From: an uncultured Verrucomicrobiae bacterium
GTDB lineage: Bacteria; Verrucomicrobiota; Verrucomicrobiia; Opitutales; JABDGR01
Assembly: GCA_963765205.1 (NCBI GenBank)
Contig: CAVXVB010000009.1
Location: 224,001-288,000 of the forward strand
Direction: 5' to 3'
Length of the DNA stretch: 64,000 nucleotides
Shown piece by piece: positions 18,659 through 28,786 of this stretch (its first letter is position 1; the number at the start of each line of letters is the position of its first letter). The notes under the pieces were generated by a model. The model saw nothing but the letters and a program-made list of their open reading frames with translations, searched no databases and was not told the DNA's origin. Position numbers and translations under genes: made by a program.

Positions 18659-21340
18659 ATGGCTAAAACCCTGATCATCGCTGAAAAGCCGAGCGTCGCC
18701 GCGGACATTGCGCGCGCGCTGGGCGGATTCAAGAAAACCGGGGAGTTCTTCGAAAGCGAGGACTACGTGCTGAGTTCCGCCGTGGGCCACGTGGCGGAGC
18801 TGTGCATGCCGGAGGACTACGACAAAAAGCTTAAGTTTTGGACGCTCGGCGCGCTGCCCATCATCCCCGAGCAGTTCAAGCTCAAAGCCGGCGAGCGCAC
18901 GGCGGAACGCTTCACCCTGCTGAAGAAATTGATGGCGCGCAAGGACGTGGGCGACCTGCTCAATGCGTGCGACGCGGGGCGCGAGGGCGAATTGATTTTT
19001 ACCTATCTCTATAGCCTCGCCGAGTGCAAAAAGCCCTTCCGGCGCCTCTGGTGGTCCTCGATGACGAAAGAGGCGATCCGCGACGCCTTCCAGCACCCGC
19101 GCCCGGCGGCGGCGATGCTTGCGCTGCAAGAGGCCGCGCGCTGCCGCTCGGAGTCCGACTGGCTGATTGGCATCAACGGCACCCGCGCGCTCACCTCGCG
19201 CATGTATGGCCGGCGCGGCGGCTCGGTTGCCACGGTCGGGCGCGTGCAAACGCCGACATTGTCCATGGTGGTGGAGCGCGAAATCGAAATCCGGAATTTC
19301 ACGGCCCGGAAATACTGGCGCATTCTCGCGCGCTTTGGGATCGCCCTGGGCGAATACGAGGGCGTTTACCAGCGCCCCGATTTCAAACGGGCTGATGAGG
19401 AGGACCGCGCCGACCGCATTTGGGACCAAGCGGCGGCGGAAAAAATCCTTGCGGAAGCCCGCGCGGTGGCCAAAGCCACCGTGACCGAGGAGAAAAAACG
19501 CACCACCAACATCGCCCCGCGCCTCTACGACTTGACCACGCTCCAGCGCGAGGCGAACAGCCGCTTCGGCCTGCCGGCGGGAAAAACGCTGAGCCTGGCC
19601 CAGGCGCTCTACGAACGCCACAAAGCCATCACCTACCCACGCACCGACGCGCGCGCGCTGCCCGAAGACTACGCCTCGACCGTGCAACGGGTGCTGCAGC
19701 GCCTCGGCGGCGACCTGGCCCCGCACGCGGCCAAGGTGATTGAAAACCGCTGGGTCAACCCGAATGCGAAGCGCATCTTCAACAACGCGGAAGTCTCCGA
19801 CCACTTTGCCATCATCCCGACCGACGAGCCGCCGGAAAAATTGACGCCGGACGAGGCCAAAATTTACGACATGATTTCACGCCGGTTTGTCGCCGCGTTT
19901 TATCCGGCGGCGGAATTCGACGTGACCACGCGCACCAGCACCATCGCCAAGCATGCCTTCAAGACCGAAGGCAAGGTGCTCGCCCTACCCGGCTGGCTCG
20001 CCGTGTATGGGAAGGATGCCGCCACCGAGGAACACCTGCCCGCGCTTTCGCCGGCGGACGGCCAGCCCGCGCAGGCCGCCGTGCGCAATACGACCCTGAG
20101 CGCGGAAGCCACCAAGCCACCGCCGCGCTTCACGGAAGCCACGCTGCTGGCCGCCATGGAAGGCGCGGGCAAATTTGTCGAGGACGAGGACCTGGCCGCG
20201 GCCATGAAGGAAAAGGGCCTGGGCACGCCGGCCACCCGCGCGTCCATCATCGAGCATCTGCTCGCGTTGCATTACATGGAGCGCCAGCAGCGCGAACTCG
20301 CGCCCACGCCCAAGGCCGAAAGCCTGATGGAGTTTTTGAAAATCCTCAAAATTGACGAGCTGACCAGCCCCGACCTGACTGGTGAGTGGGAATACCAGTT
20401 GCGCCGCATGGAGGAAGGCAAGTTGACCCGGGAAAAATTCATGGACGGCATCGCCACCCTCACGAAAAAAATCGTGGACCGCACGAAAAAATTCGACGAC
20501 GAGGGCGTGCCCGCCCAGCCGACGGACATCCTCAACCCCGCCGACGGCCAGACCATGCTCGAAACCTGGCGCGCCTACCGCTCGCAGGACACCAAGACCG
20601 TCATTTACAAAATCATCGGCAACCGCAAGATTGCGCCGGCCGAAGTGCGCGAGCTGCTGGCCAACCGCAAAATCGGGCCGCTGGATGGTTTCCGCTCGAA
20701 GAAAGGGCGGCCATTTTCCGCTGTGCTGCGCCTTGACGAAGAAAACAAAGTCAAATTTGTATTCGAAAACAGCGGCTTCGGCGACAATGCCGACGGCACG
20801 CCGGTGGACTTGACCCAGTTCGCTGTCGTCGGCAAATGCCCGGTGGACGGCGCGCCGGTGCATGAAACGCCGAGCGGCTACGTCTGCGCGAATTTCAGCC
20901 GGGGCGAAGGGGCGAAGTGCGGGTTCCGGGTCTCGCGCGTGCTGCTGGGCGCCACCATCCCGCGCGAGCAATTTCAAAAACTCATCGAAAATAAAAAGAC
21001 GGATCTGATCAAGGGTTTCAAATCGAAGCGCACCGGGCGGTTTTTTGAGGCGTTCCTGGTGTTGAAGGACGAGGGGAAAATCGGCTTCGAGTTCCTGCCG
21101 CGCAAACCGCGCGCGGACGGCAAGGGCAAAGGCTTCAAGCGCGGCGCGCCGGCACCCGCGGCTGAGGCTGCCGTAGGCGATGCTATCACGCCCGCGCCGT
21201 CAAGTAACGGCCATCCGCCGCCCCGCAAAGGGCAAACCCCGCCGGTGACCCGCGCGCCACAGGGCAAAGGAAACACTCCATCGGCCGCGCCTATCCAAAG
21301 GAAACGCAACACCCCGCCGCCGCTCGTGCCGATGGCGTAA
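18659..21340 (+). CDS. topB: DNA topoisomerase III
   Basis: IAEKPSVA, DAGREGELIF, GRVQTPTL, ITYPRTD, GLGTPATRA; C-terminal GFRSKKGRPF repeats. Confidence 0.93.
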   Translation: MAKTLIIAEKPSVAADIARALGGFKKTGEFFESEDYVLSSAVGHVAELCMPEDYDKKLKFWTLGALPIIPEQFKLKAGERTAERFTLLKKLMARKDVGDLLNACDAGREGELIFTYLYSLAECKKPFRRLWWSSMTKEAIRDAFQHPRPAAAMLALQEAARCRSESDWLIGINGTRALTSRMYGRRGGSVATVGRVQTPTLSMVVEREIEIRNFTARKYWRILARFGIALGEYEGVYQRPDFKRADEEDRADRIWDQAAAEKILAEARAVAKATVTEEKKRTTNIAPRLYDLTTLQREANSRFGLPAGKTLSLAQALYERHKAITYPRTDARALPEDYASTVQRVLQRLGGDLAPHAAKVIENRWVNPNAKRIFNNAEVSDHFAIIPTDEPPEKLTPDEAKIYDMISRRFVAAFYPAAEFDVTTRTSTIAKHAFKTEGKVLALPGWLAVYGKDAATEEHLPALSPADGQPAQAAVRNTTLSAEATKPPPRFTEATLLAAMEGAGKFVEDEDLAAAMKEKGLGTPATRASIIEHLLALHYMERQQRELAPTPKAESLMEFLKILKIDELTSPDLTGEWEYQLRRMEEGKLTREKFMDGIATLTKKIVDRTKKFDDEGVPAQPTDILNPADGQTMLETWRAYRSQDTKTVIYKIIGNRKIAPAEVRELLANRKIGPLDGFRSKKGRPFSAVLRLDEENKVKFVFENSGFGDNADGTPVDLTQFAVVGKCPVDGAPVHETPSGYVCANFSRGEGAKCGFRVSRVLLGATIPREQFQKLIENKKTDLIKGFKSKRTGRFFEAFLVLKDEGKIGFEFLPRKPRADGKGKGFKRGAPAPAAEAAVGDAITPAPSSNGHPPPRKGQTPPVTRAPQGKGNTPSAAPIQRKRNTPPPLVPMA

Positions 21341-21343
21341 AAT

Positions 21344-23728
21344 CTAGGAGGCGGGAGTCGCTGTTTTGGGCGCGGCGGCGTCGGGCGCTTGGGCTGAGTG
21401 CGCCGGGGCTGCGGCACCGCCTTGAATCGAAAGAGCTTTGGCCGAGGCGCCGCCGGGGTTGAGTTTGGCCATGATTTTGAGACTAAGGTCTTCGATGGCG
21501 TCATGGCAGATTTGCGAGGCCGGATAAATGTCCTGCGCCTGCAGATAATAATTGAGGCTCGCGGGATAATCACCGGCTTGTTCCGCGCGATCGGCGGAGT
21601 CCAGCGCGGCGACAAATGGGGCGACGCGGGCGGCCACCTGGGCCTTCGTGATGGCGAGCACGGGGTCGTTCGGTTCAATCTTCGTCGCGTTGACTAGGGT
21701 TTCCCAGGCGTAGTAACCGTTGTTTTGTTTAACCGCCTGATCGGCGATGTTGACGGCCACCTCCACCTGCGATTCCCGGTCCACGATTTCCTTGAACTTG
21801 GCGGAGCGGGCGGCATCGCCATACAGGGCCGCGCCGATTTCGTCCTTGTTGTCGAAGATCGCACGCTCGTCCCCGTGCGCCAGCAGGTCGTCGAATTTTC
21901 CGGTGCCGACGTTGGCCTGGTTCGAATGGTCACGCAGCGACTTGCTGAAACTGGCGATTTCGGGGTTAAGGGGCCACGTCTCCGTGGCCTTTTGCAGATT
22001 GGCGGTGACGCGGTCAATATCGCTGGTCAGGGCGGCCTGCTCGGCGGCCATGACGTAATTGTTGCTGATCTGCTCGCCTTCCTTGATGGCGGACATGATC
22101 GGCGCGGCGTCGGCGTCGGCAAAGTCCTTGGCGTCCGCCTCGATTTGATTCAGCTTGGCCTCCGCGCCGGCGAAATCGCGGTCTTCCATCATGTGTTTCA
22201 GCGCGGTGCTTTCGGTGTAAATGGCCAGCAGCACATGGCGCTTGGCGGGGTCGAAATTCTGCACGGCGGGGAGGTTTTCGCCGAGCAGGAAGGTTTGTTG
22301 GAGCTGCTGGAGGGCGATCCAGCGGTCGCCGCGGTCATAGGCGCTTTCGACCGACTTCATGCCGTTGTCCACTTCGTTGATGGCTTCGTGGGAGATCGCC
22401 TCAAAATTGTTCACGGAGGGGACCACGTTGTCAGTGTTAAAGAATTTGGACATTTCGGATGCGGCCACATTCATGCGTTGCTGGGAGCCTTTGAAAACGT
22501 GCTCGTAAAACATCCCGGCAATCAGGCTGTGCTGAAAGCGGCGCTGGGCGATGAAAGCGAACAACTGGGTTTGATATTCGAGTTTAGCCTCGAGGCCCAT
22601 GGTCGTGGCATCGGCATCGAGGAGGTTCTGCTTGACGTAGGTGCGTGCCAATTCCTCGCTGCGCAACCCGGCCATGTTGGCCCTTTGGAGGGTGGGCAAG
22701 GTCTGCGTCTGCAGGCCCGGGCTGCCGGCCACCGGTTGCATTGCGCTGGTGCTGAGTAGAGGCTGAAGTATGTTGCCAATGCCTCCCAAGCCGTCAGAAG
22801 CGGTCCCATTGTTTATATTGACGGTGGTGCCGTTATAAGTGCCATTGGGGGTGGGAGCCTGCGAAGCACTATACGACGTGCTCGCGGGACCAGCCGGGCC
22901 GGTGGTGGTAGTGCTGTTGGAGTAAGGAACGGGTGGCCCGCCACTGGATGATCCGCCCGATTGACCGGGCGGGGGGGTGGAACTGGGGCTAGAGGCTTCC
23001 AGCCCGGGATTTTGCCGGGCAAAGTCAACGGCATTGGCGGCGGCCATCGCCGCCCCGGAAGCAACCCCGAATTCCTCGTGTTGGCGATCAACTTCGAGTT
23101 GGGCATACTGCTCTTTGTTGGCCGTCAGTTCGTCGCGCACGCGCCAAGCGTTGAAGACCTGGTTGGCGAGCGTTTCCGACGCGCCACCGTCCTCGTCATA
23201 TTTCGCCGCTTTGTAGAGCAACTGCCAGGCCTGGTAAATTTTGTCGCTGTTGCCGGCTTCAACGGGCTTGACGGCCTCATCCTGCGTGGCAGCGGTATTG
23301 GTGGTGAGCAGGCCTTTAATTTGCTCTAGGATTTGCTGGTAATCGTCGGTGTCGTCAAAGCCGGGCGAACTGAGGTAGCGCTCAAAGCGCGAGCGTACGA
23401 TCAGGTTGTCGCCGACAGAAAATTTGCTGTTGTTCCACTGAAAAATGCCGTTTTCCGTGTCCACATTCAGACTGTCCGAATTCAGGAGTTTGGAGGCGAC
23501 GCTCCAAATCTCGTCATGTTCGCCCTGATTGTCATTGCCCGAAGTGCTGGGACTCTGCCCGTCGGACGAGGGATTAACCGGCTGGCTGTTGGAATTGTAG
23601 GCTGAGGGGTTGGCGGGCGCATTCCCGCCCGGGCCGCCGCGCGGAAGCCCGCTGGGTGTGCGCTGGGCCAAGACCGCCGAGGTGAGAACAAGGGTCGCGG
23701 CCAAAACAAGGGGTAATCGAGTATTCAT
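21344..23728 (-). CDS. Large exported hypothetical protein with a helical/TPR-like C-terminus
   Basis: Signal peptide (VLA-Q), Ser/Gly/Pro-rich linkers, 794-aa ORF. Confidence 0.75.
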   Translation of the reverse strand: MNTRLPLVLAATLVLTSAVLAQRTPSGLPRGGPGGNAPANPSAYNSNSQPVNPSSDGQSPSTSGNDNQGEHDEIWSVASKLLNSDSLNVDTENGIFQWNNSKFSVGDNLIVRSRFERYLSSPGFDDTDDYQQILEQIKGLLTTNTAATQDEAVKPVEAGNSDKIYQAWQLLYKAAKYDEDGGASETLANQVFNAWRVRDELTANKEQYAQLEVDRQHEEFGVASGAAMAAANAVDFARQNPGLEASSPSSTPPPGQSGGSSSGGPPVPYSNSTTTTGPAGPASTSYSASQAPTPNGTYNGTTVNINNGTASDGLGGIGNILQPLLSTSAMQPVAGSPGLQTQTLPTLQRANMAGLRSEELARTYVKQNLLDADATTMGLEAKLEYQTQLFAFIAQRRFQHSLIAGMFYEHVFKGSQQRMNVAASEMSKFFNTDNVVPSVNNFEAISHEAINEVDNGMKSVESAYDRGDRWIALQQLQQTFLLGENLPAVQNFDPAKRHVLLAIYTESTALKHMMEDRDFAGAEAKLNQIEADAKDFADADAAPIMSAIKEGEQISNNYVMAAEQAALTSDIDRVTANLQKATETWPLNPEIASFSKSLRDHSNQANVGTGKFDDLLAHGDERAIFDNKDEIGAALYGDAARSAKFKEIVDRESQVEVAVNIADQAVKQNNGYYAWETLVNATKIEPNDPVLAITKAQVAARVAPFVAALDSADRAEQAGDYPASLNYYLQAQDIYPASQICHDAIEDLSLKIMAKLNPGGASAKALSIQGGAAAPAHSAQAPDAAAPKTATPAS

Positions 23729-23846
23729 GGGGATGGCAAATGACGCTGCCTAATTCCACATATTAGCCCATTTTCGCAAAAATGTAAGCCCTTTTTTGAC
23801 GGGCACCCCCTTAAATTCAAACGGGTGTTTGACACCGACCCCGCCC

Positions 23847-24572
23847 CTATTCGCGCTCATCAAGGCCGTCGGGGGCGCGGTGGTTATTTTCCACGCGGCA
23901 GTCGTTCATCACCCGCAGCCAAATTTCGCGCAGGTCGAACAGGGCCGTTTGCACGTCGCGGAAGAACTGGCCGTGCACGGCATGGTTGCCCAAGGGGAGC
24001 TGATGCAGGAGGCTGAGGGAGTGGTTGACCGCGCTGAGGGCGTTCTTTAGGTGGCAGATGGCCAGGCTGAAATCGCCCAGATCGAGGGCATGGATGGCCA
24101 TCACCGAGTTCAATTCGCCCGCATTAAGGCTGCCGGCGAATTTCCAGGCGAGGCCGGTGTTGACGCTGAGGTCGTTGCCACTGGCCAGAAAATGCTCCCA
24201 GACATGGTTGAGGTGCTGGTGCAGGCCGCGCGTGGCGATGAAAACCGGATGCTTGTGAATCGTATAGGTGGCGGGGGCCTCCTCGAATTCCTCCTCTTCG
24301 GCCACCGGGTGCGGCGCGGGCGAGGGAGTCGGCGCCGGTTTGGGCGGTGTGGTGGAAGCATCGCCCGGCGCCCACTCCTGGTCGCCCCAGCCCATCAGGC
24401 GGGCGGCTTCGTCGAGATGGTCGGGGCGGTGCTTGTGCTGGAGATAGAGGGTGAGGAAGCGGGCAATCTCCTTCTCATTCTGCTTCAAATACTGCTGCCA
24501 ATCGAACTCGTTCCAAGCGAGTTCGCCGCGATCTTCCCACTCACTCTCCGAGAAATGTTCAAAATCTTGCAT
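23847..24572 (-). CDS. Hypothetical protein
   Basis: 241-aa ORF with typical codon usage and an acidic N-terminus (WNEFDWQQYL). Confidence 0.75.
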   Translation of the reverse strand: MQDFEHFSESEWEDRGELAWNEFDWQQYLKQNEKEIARFLTLYLQHKHRPDHLDEAARLMGWGDQEWAPGDASTTPPKPAPTPSPAPHPVAEEEEFEEAPATYTIHKHPVFIATRGLHQHLNHVWEHFLASGNDLSVNTGLAWKFAGSLNAGELNSVMAIHALDLGDFSLAICHLKNALSAVNHSLSLLHQLPLGNHAVHGQFFRDVQTALFDLREIWLRVMNDCRVENNHRAPDGLDERE

Positions 24573-24735
24573 GGTGCGTGGCTCGAGCCGCCGGGGTGTT
24601 CTTGGATGCTAAACTGTCCGCGCAAGGTGTCCAATAAAAAATATGGGTATTTTGGCTGGAACGCATCCTTAACCTGGATGATGTCACAGGTTCAAGTCTT
24701 GTTGCTCCCACCAGTTTTGGCAGACAAACGGCCCG

Positions 24736-26397
24736 TCATTTTTTCGCCACACCCATCGCCGCGTCTTTCTTGTCATTGCCCGCCAGGGCTTGGTCGAAGA
24801 AGGCCATCAGGTGCGTTATTTCATCGGGCGTGAGGGCATGGGCACCTTTGGGCTTTTCCATGAGGAGGCGCGCAAAGCCGAAATTTTTAAGCTGCGCAAG
24901 GTTGGGCGGATATACGTCATTCACCATCTCGTCTTGGGCACCATCGGCGTAATAAACCGCCAAGCCATTTTTTACCTTCTGCAGCGCAGGAGTGAATGCG
25001 GCCTTGGGCAGATTGGTCGAGACCCCCGCAAATCCGGCAAACAATTCCGGGCGCTGCCCCAGGATCATTGCCCCGTTCGCGCCACCCTCATCAAAGCCTA
25101 GCAGGATAACGTGCTTCGGGTTGACCTGGTCGCGCGTCACGGTGTCGGTTATGATTGCGGCAATTTGGTTCGGCAGGCTGCTTTTGGTCACTGCAACGGC
25201 CAAATCCTGGCGGCTTTTCACCAGCCCGAGCCACTGCTGGGCGAAATCCACCGCCGTGTCGCCAAAACCCGGAAGACAGATGAGCAAGGTAGGGTCTTGC
25301 ACGAAGGGAAACTTGGTTTGGTCGGGGGAGATAAAAACGTAGTTCACCCCCGGGTTCGCCCCGTTATCCCGGCCCATCATCGGTCCCCCGGTGCGTTGGT
25401 TCGGCATCGGCTCCCCATTGCGCCGCGACATCGCGGGACCCCCATTGCGTGGCGGCGCCACCACCGCTGCGGTGCGATGCTCCACCACGACTCCGTCCGG
25501 GGGTTCCGTCGCTGAAACAGTGGCGGGCGCTGGGGTTCCCGGGGTCGCTGCCGCCAGTTTGTCATTGGCCGCCATCACCTGGTCGAAAAAAGTCAGCATA
25601 TGTTCCGTCATTGGCTCATAGACGCTAAATGGCAGGTTATGGCCCGAGTTGGGCCGTTCGGAAAAAATATGGGCAAAACCAAAATTTTTATACTTCGCGA
25701 TCATGAAGGCAAAGTCCGCATCGCTGAGCCCTTCACCAGTGCCCACGCTGACATACAAGGCGAGCCGGGGCGCAATTCTCTGCAACGTGGGTGACGCATT
25801 TAGCTGCGCCCCCGATATGTCGGCAAAACCCGCGAAGAGATCCGGGTATCGGTTCAGCGTTTCAAGCCCGACCGCCGCGCCCATCGAATAGCCTGCCAGA
25901 ATGATGTGATGAGGGTTGATGTGGTCGCCCGCCACGGTGTCGACAATGATTGCATTGATCGAGTCAGGCAGGCCGCCGCCACTGTCAACGAAGGCGCCGT
26001 GGGTGACAGCATAATCCGGCACCGCGACCTCCACGTCCGAGCGGTTGTTGACGAGGCTCAGCCATACTTTCGCCGCCGAGTCCGCAGTTTCCCCCGAGCC
26101 ATGCAGGTAAACCACCAGCGTGTAACCATCCGCGGGCATCATCTTGTGCCGGCCTGGCGATAAAAAAACATAAGCGGGCTGAGTCGCAGTGTTCTTAAAT
26201 GTGGTCAAGCCGGTGATTGGAGCGGTCTGGGGCGTCAACAGATTAATCGCGTCCCTCGTGTGGCGGTCTTCCCATACGACATCTCCTTGATTTGTGGCAG
26301 GGGTCGCATTGAGCACCATAATGCCCGCCGAAGCCGAAGCCGCCCAACCGCACCATAACATGACGGCCAATAACCATCGCAACAAACGGATGCACAT
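24736..26397 (-). CDS. Exported protein with two tandem alpha/beta-hydrolase (esterase-like) domains
   Basis: Signal peptide; domain 1 YLHGSG..GYSMG; domain 2 CLPGFG..GFDEG; both followed by P(D/E)LFAGFA. Confidence 0.8.
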   Translation of the reverse strand: MCIRLLRWLLAVMLWCGWAASASAGIMVLNATPATNQGDVVWEDRHTRDAINLLTPQTAPITGLTTFKNTATQPAYVFLSPGRHKMMPADGYTLVVYLHGSGETADSAAKVWLSLVNNRSDVEVAVPDYAVTHGAFVDSGGGLPDSINAIIVDTVAGDHINPHHIILAGYSMGAAVGLETLNRYPDLFAGFADISGAQLNASPTLQRIAPRLALYVSVGTGEGLSDADFAFMIAKYKNFGFAHIFSERPNSGHNLPFSVYEPMTEHMLTFFDQVMAANDKLAAATPGTPAPATVSATEPPDGVVVEHRTAAVVAPPRNGGPAMSRRNGEPMPNQRTGGPMMGRDNGANPGVNYVFISPDQTKFPFVQDPTLLICLPGFGDTAVDFAQQWLGLVKSRQDLAVAVTKSSLPNQIAAIITDTVTRDQVNPKHVILLGFDEGGANGAMILGQRPELFAGFAGVSTNLPKAAFTPALQKVKNGLAVYYADGAQDEMVNDVYPPNLAQLKNFGFARLLMEKPKGAHALTPDEITHLMAFFDQALAGNDKKDAAMGVAKK

Positions 26398-26512
26398 GTT
26401 CACGGCGCGCGCCGACTATTCTTGTCCAAGCTACCCCATTTCCATGGCCTGTCAATAGGGAATGGGGGTAGTTACGAAATTCGACCAACCACAATCGGTA
26501 GTGTTGGTGGCG

Positions 26513-26656
26513 ATGATGGAGGACTAGCCACGCACGATGCTGGAAATGGAGCGACGGTTCAACGACTAATCGGCGTGCCGGAAGTATCTGTCCGTGTTGC
26601 GCTGGCCGGAGGGGTTTGTCTGTCCCGGTTGCCAAGGAGGCGAGGCTTGGCAATAA
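26513..26656 (+). pseudogene. Remnant of an IS1595-family transposase N-terminus
   Basis: Manual translation MMED*PRTMLEMERRFND*SACRKYLSVLRWPEGFVCPGCQGGEAWQ* matches the YL..LRWP.G..CP.C zinc-ribbon start. Confidence 0.75.
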
Positions 26657-26758
26657 AACACTCCTTCCGGCGTTTTCCCGCCACCGGCACTGCTTTAAGG
26701 ATTGTCCGCGGGCGCGGGTTTGGGGCAGAATTGGCGTTTGCCCAACTTTTCCCCAGCC

Positions 26759-27037
26759 ATGGCCCATCCTGTTTTTCGCCTCGAAGCGCACTTTGCGGGT
26801 CGCGTGCAAGGCGTGGGCTTTCGCTACACCGCCCGCCAGATTGCCCAGGGCTATGAAGTCACCGGGCGGGTGTGCAATTTGCCCGACGGGCGCGTCCACT
26901 TGATTGTCGAGGGGCCGGAGGCCGAGGTGCGCGAATTTGTGCGCGAAATCCAGTCCCAACTGATACATCACATCAAGGAAACCACGCTGGAACCGTTGGC
27001 TGGCCCGGCGCAGTTCCGCGACTTTCACATTGGCTAA
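26759..27037 (+). CDS. acyP: Acylphosphatase
   Basis: GRVQGVGFRY, NLPDGRV. Confidence 0.93.
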   Translation: MAHPVFRLEAHFAGRVQGVGFRYTARQIAQGYEVTGRVCNLPDGRVHLIVEGPEAEVREFVREIQSQLIHHIKETTLEPLAGPAQFRDFHIG

Positions 27038-27047
27038 AGAGGCCATC

Positions 27048-27917
27048 ATGCCCACCCCCGCCATCCGCATCCAACACCTGACGAAGGACTTCCGCTTGGG
27101 CCTGCGGGGGGTCAAGCTGCGCGCGGTGGATGATCTGTCGTTCGAGGTGCAGGACAACCAGGTGTTCGGGCTGCTCGGGCCGAATGGCTCGGGCAAAAGC
27201 ACCACGATGAAGGTCATCCTGGGATTGCTGGAACCGACCCAGGGAAAATGCGAAATATTCGGACTGCGGAGCGACTCGGTGCAGGCGCGGCGGCTGGTGG
27301 GCTATCTGCCCGAATCGCCGTATTTTTACCGTTTCCTCAGCGGGCGTGAACTGGTGGCCTACTACGCAGGGATTTGCGGTGTGGCGAAGGCCGGGCGGGA
27401 TAAACGCGTGGCCGAGGTGCTCGACTTGGTCGGCCTCAGCGCGGCGGCCGACCGGCGCGTGGGCACCTATTCAAAGGGCATGTTGCAGCGCGTCGGGCTG
27501 GCGCAAGCCATCGTCCACGACCCGCGCCTGGTCATCCTCGACGAGCCGACCGCGGGCGTGGACCCCATTGGCACGCAGGACATCAGCGAGTTGATTCTCG
27601 AACTCAAGCGCCGGGGCAAGACCGTCCTTCTGTGCTCGCACTTGCTGGCGCAAGTCGAGGACGTGTGCGACAATCTCGCCATCCTCAATCTCGGGAAGCT
27701 GGTCGCTGAGGGCGCGGTCGGTGACTTGCTCCGGCGCGAGGGGTTGAGCACCCTGGCGGTGGAGAATTTCACGCCGGCCATGCGGGCGGAGGTCGAGGCC
27801 GTGCTGGCCCGGCATGGCGCGCATCTGCGGCAGGTGGAGACTGCGCGCGTGGCGCTCGACCAGCTCTTTTTGGAAAAGGTGGGACCCAAGGACGGCCCAA
27901 CGAAAGGCACGCCATGA
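27048..27917 (+). CDS. ABC transporter ATP-binding protein
   Basis: GPNGSGKST, YSKGMLQR, LDEPT. Confidence 0.93.
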   Translation: MPTPAIRIQHLTKDFRLGLRGVKLRAVDDLSFEVQDNQVFGLLGPNGSGKSTTMKVILGLLEPTQGKCEIFGLRSDSVQARRLVGYLPESPYFYRFLSGRELVAYYAGICGVAKAGRDKRVAEVLDLVGLSAAADRRVGTYSKGMLQRVGLAQAIVHDPRLVILDEPTAGVDPIGTQDISELILELKRRGKTVLLCSHLLAQVEDVCDNLAILNLGKLVAEGAVGDLLRREGLSTLAVENFTPAMRAEVEAVLARHGAHLRQVETARVALDQLFLEKVGPKDGPTKGTP

Positions 27918-28771
27918 CGGCGCTCGGACAGGTCTGGCAAATTGCGCGGCTGACGTTTCTCGAGGCGGTGCGGCAGCGCTTTTTCAATTTTCTGGTGCTG
28001 CTGTCGCTGGCGCTGATCGGCAGCGCGAATTTCTTCCGCCAATTTGACTTTGGGCCGCAGGAACTGCGCTTCATCGCGGACTTCGGGCTGGGCGGCATCA
28101 CGTTCTTTGGATCGATTCTGGCCATTGTCGCCACGGCGCAGTTGTTCTTTGGTGAAATCGAAAACCGCACCGCGCTGACCTTGCTGGCCAAGCCCGTGCG
28201 GCGCTGGTCGTTCATCGCGGGCAAGCTGCTGGGCGTGGCGCTGCTCATGCTGGTGTTCGTCGGACTGTTGACGGCGTTGTTGGGGATTTTCCTGTGGTGG
28301 CGGCAGGGACAGTATATTGAAGGCTGGCACGCCGCCAAACTAGCGGGCACCCAGCAGACGGAATTTCCCGACAGCATGCGCGTGCGGTTCGCTGGCCTGG
28401 CGCTCGACGGGCTGCTGCAATGGTTGAAATTCAGCGTGCTGGCGGCCATCACCATGCTCGTGGCGAGTTTTTCCAACACCAACCTCTACACCGTCGTGGT
28501 GTCATTTTTCATCTTCCTGATTTGCCAATTGCAGTATATTGCGCACGACGCGTGGGCGCAGGTCGAGTCGCCCGTGCTCCAGCCGCTCATCTGGACCCTG
28601 GAAAAGCTTTTTCCGAATTTCCAACTCTTTGCCGTCGGGGATCTGCTGGTGTTTCAGTCCCAGTCGCCGGTGCCGAACGGCGCAGTCGCTGCGGCTGTTG
28701 GGTATGGCGTATTTTACATTGTCGTGTTTGCCGCGCTGGCGGTCGGCAGCTTCCGCAGCCGGGAAATTTAA
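27914..28771 (+). CDS. ABC-2 type permease
   Basis: IARLTFLEAVR, LLAKPVRRWSFIAGKLLG, multiple TM segments; ATGA overlap with the ATPase gene. Confidence 0.88.
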   Translation: MTALGQVWQIARLTFLEAVRQRFFNFLVLLSLALIGSANFFRQFDFGPQELRFIADFGLGGITFFGSILAIVATAQLFFGEIENRTALTLLAKPVRRWSFIAGKLLGVALLMLVFVGLLTALLGIFLWWRQGQYIEGWHAAKLAGTQQTEFPDSMRVRFAGLALDGLLQWLKFSVLAAITMLVASFSNTNLYTVVVSFFIFLICQLQYIAHDAWAQVESPVLQPLIWTLEKLFPNFQLFAVGDLLVFQSQSPVPNGAVAAAVGYGVFYIVVFAALAVGSFRSREI

Positions 28772-28786
28772 CCTGCCATCACTTCC

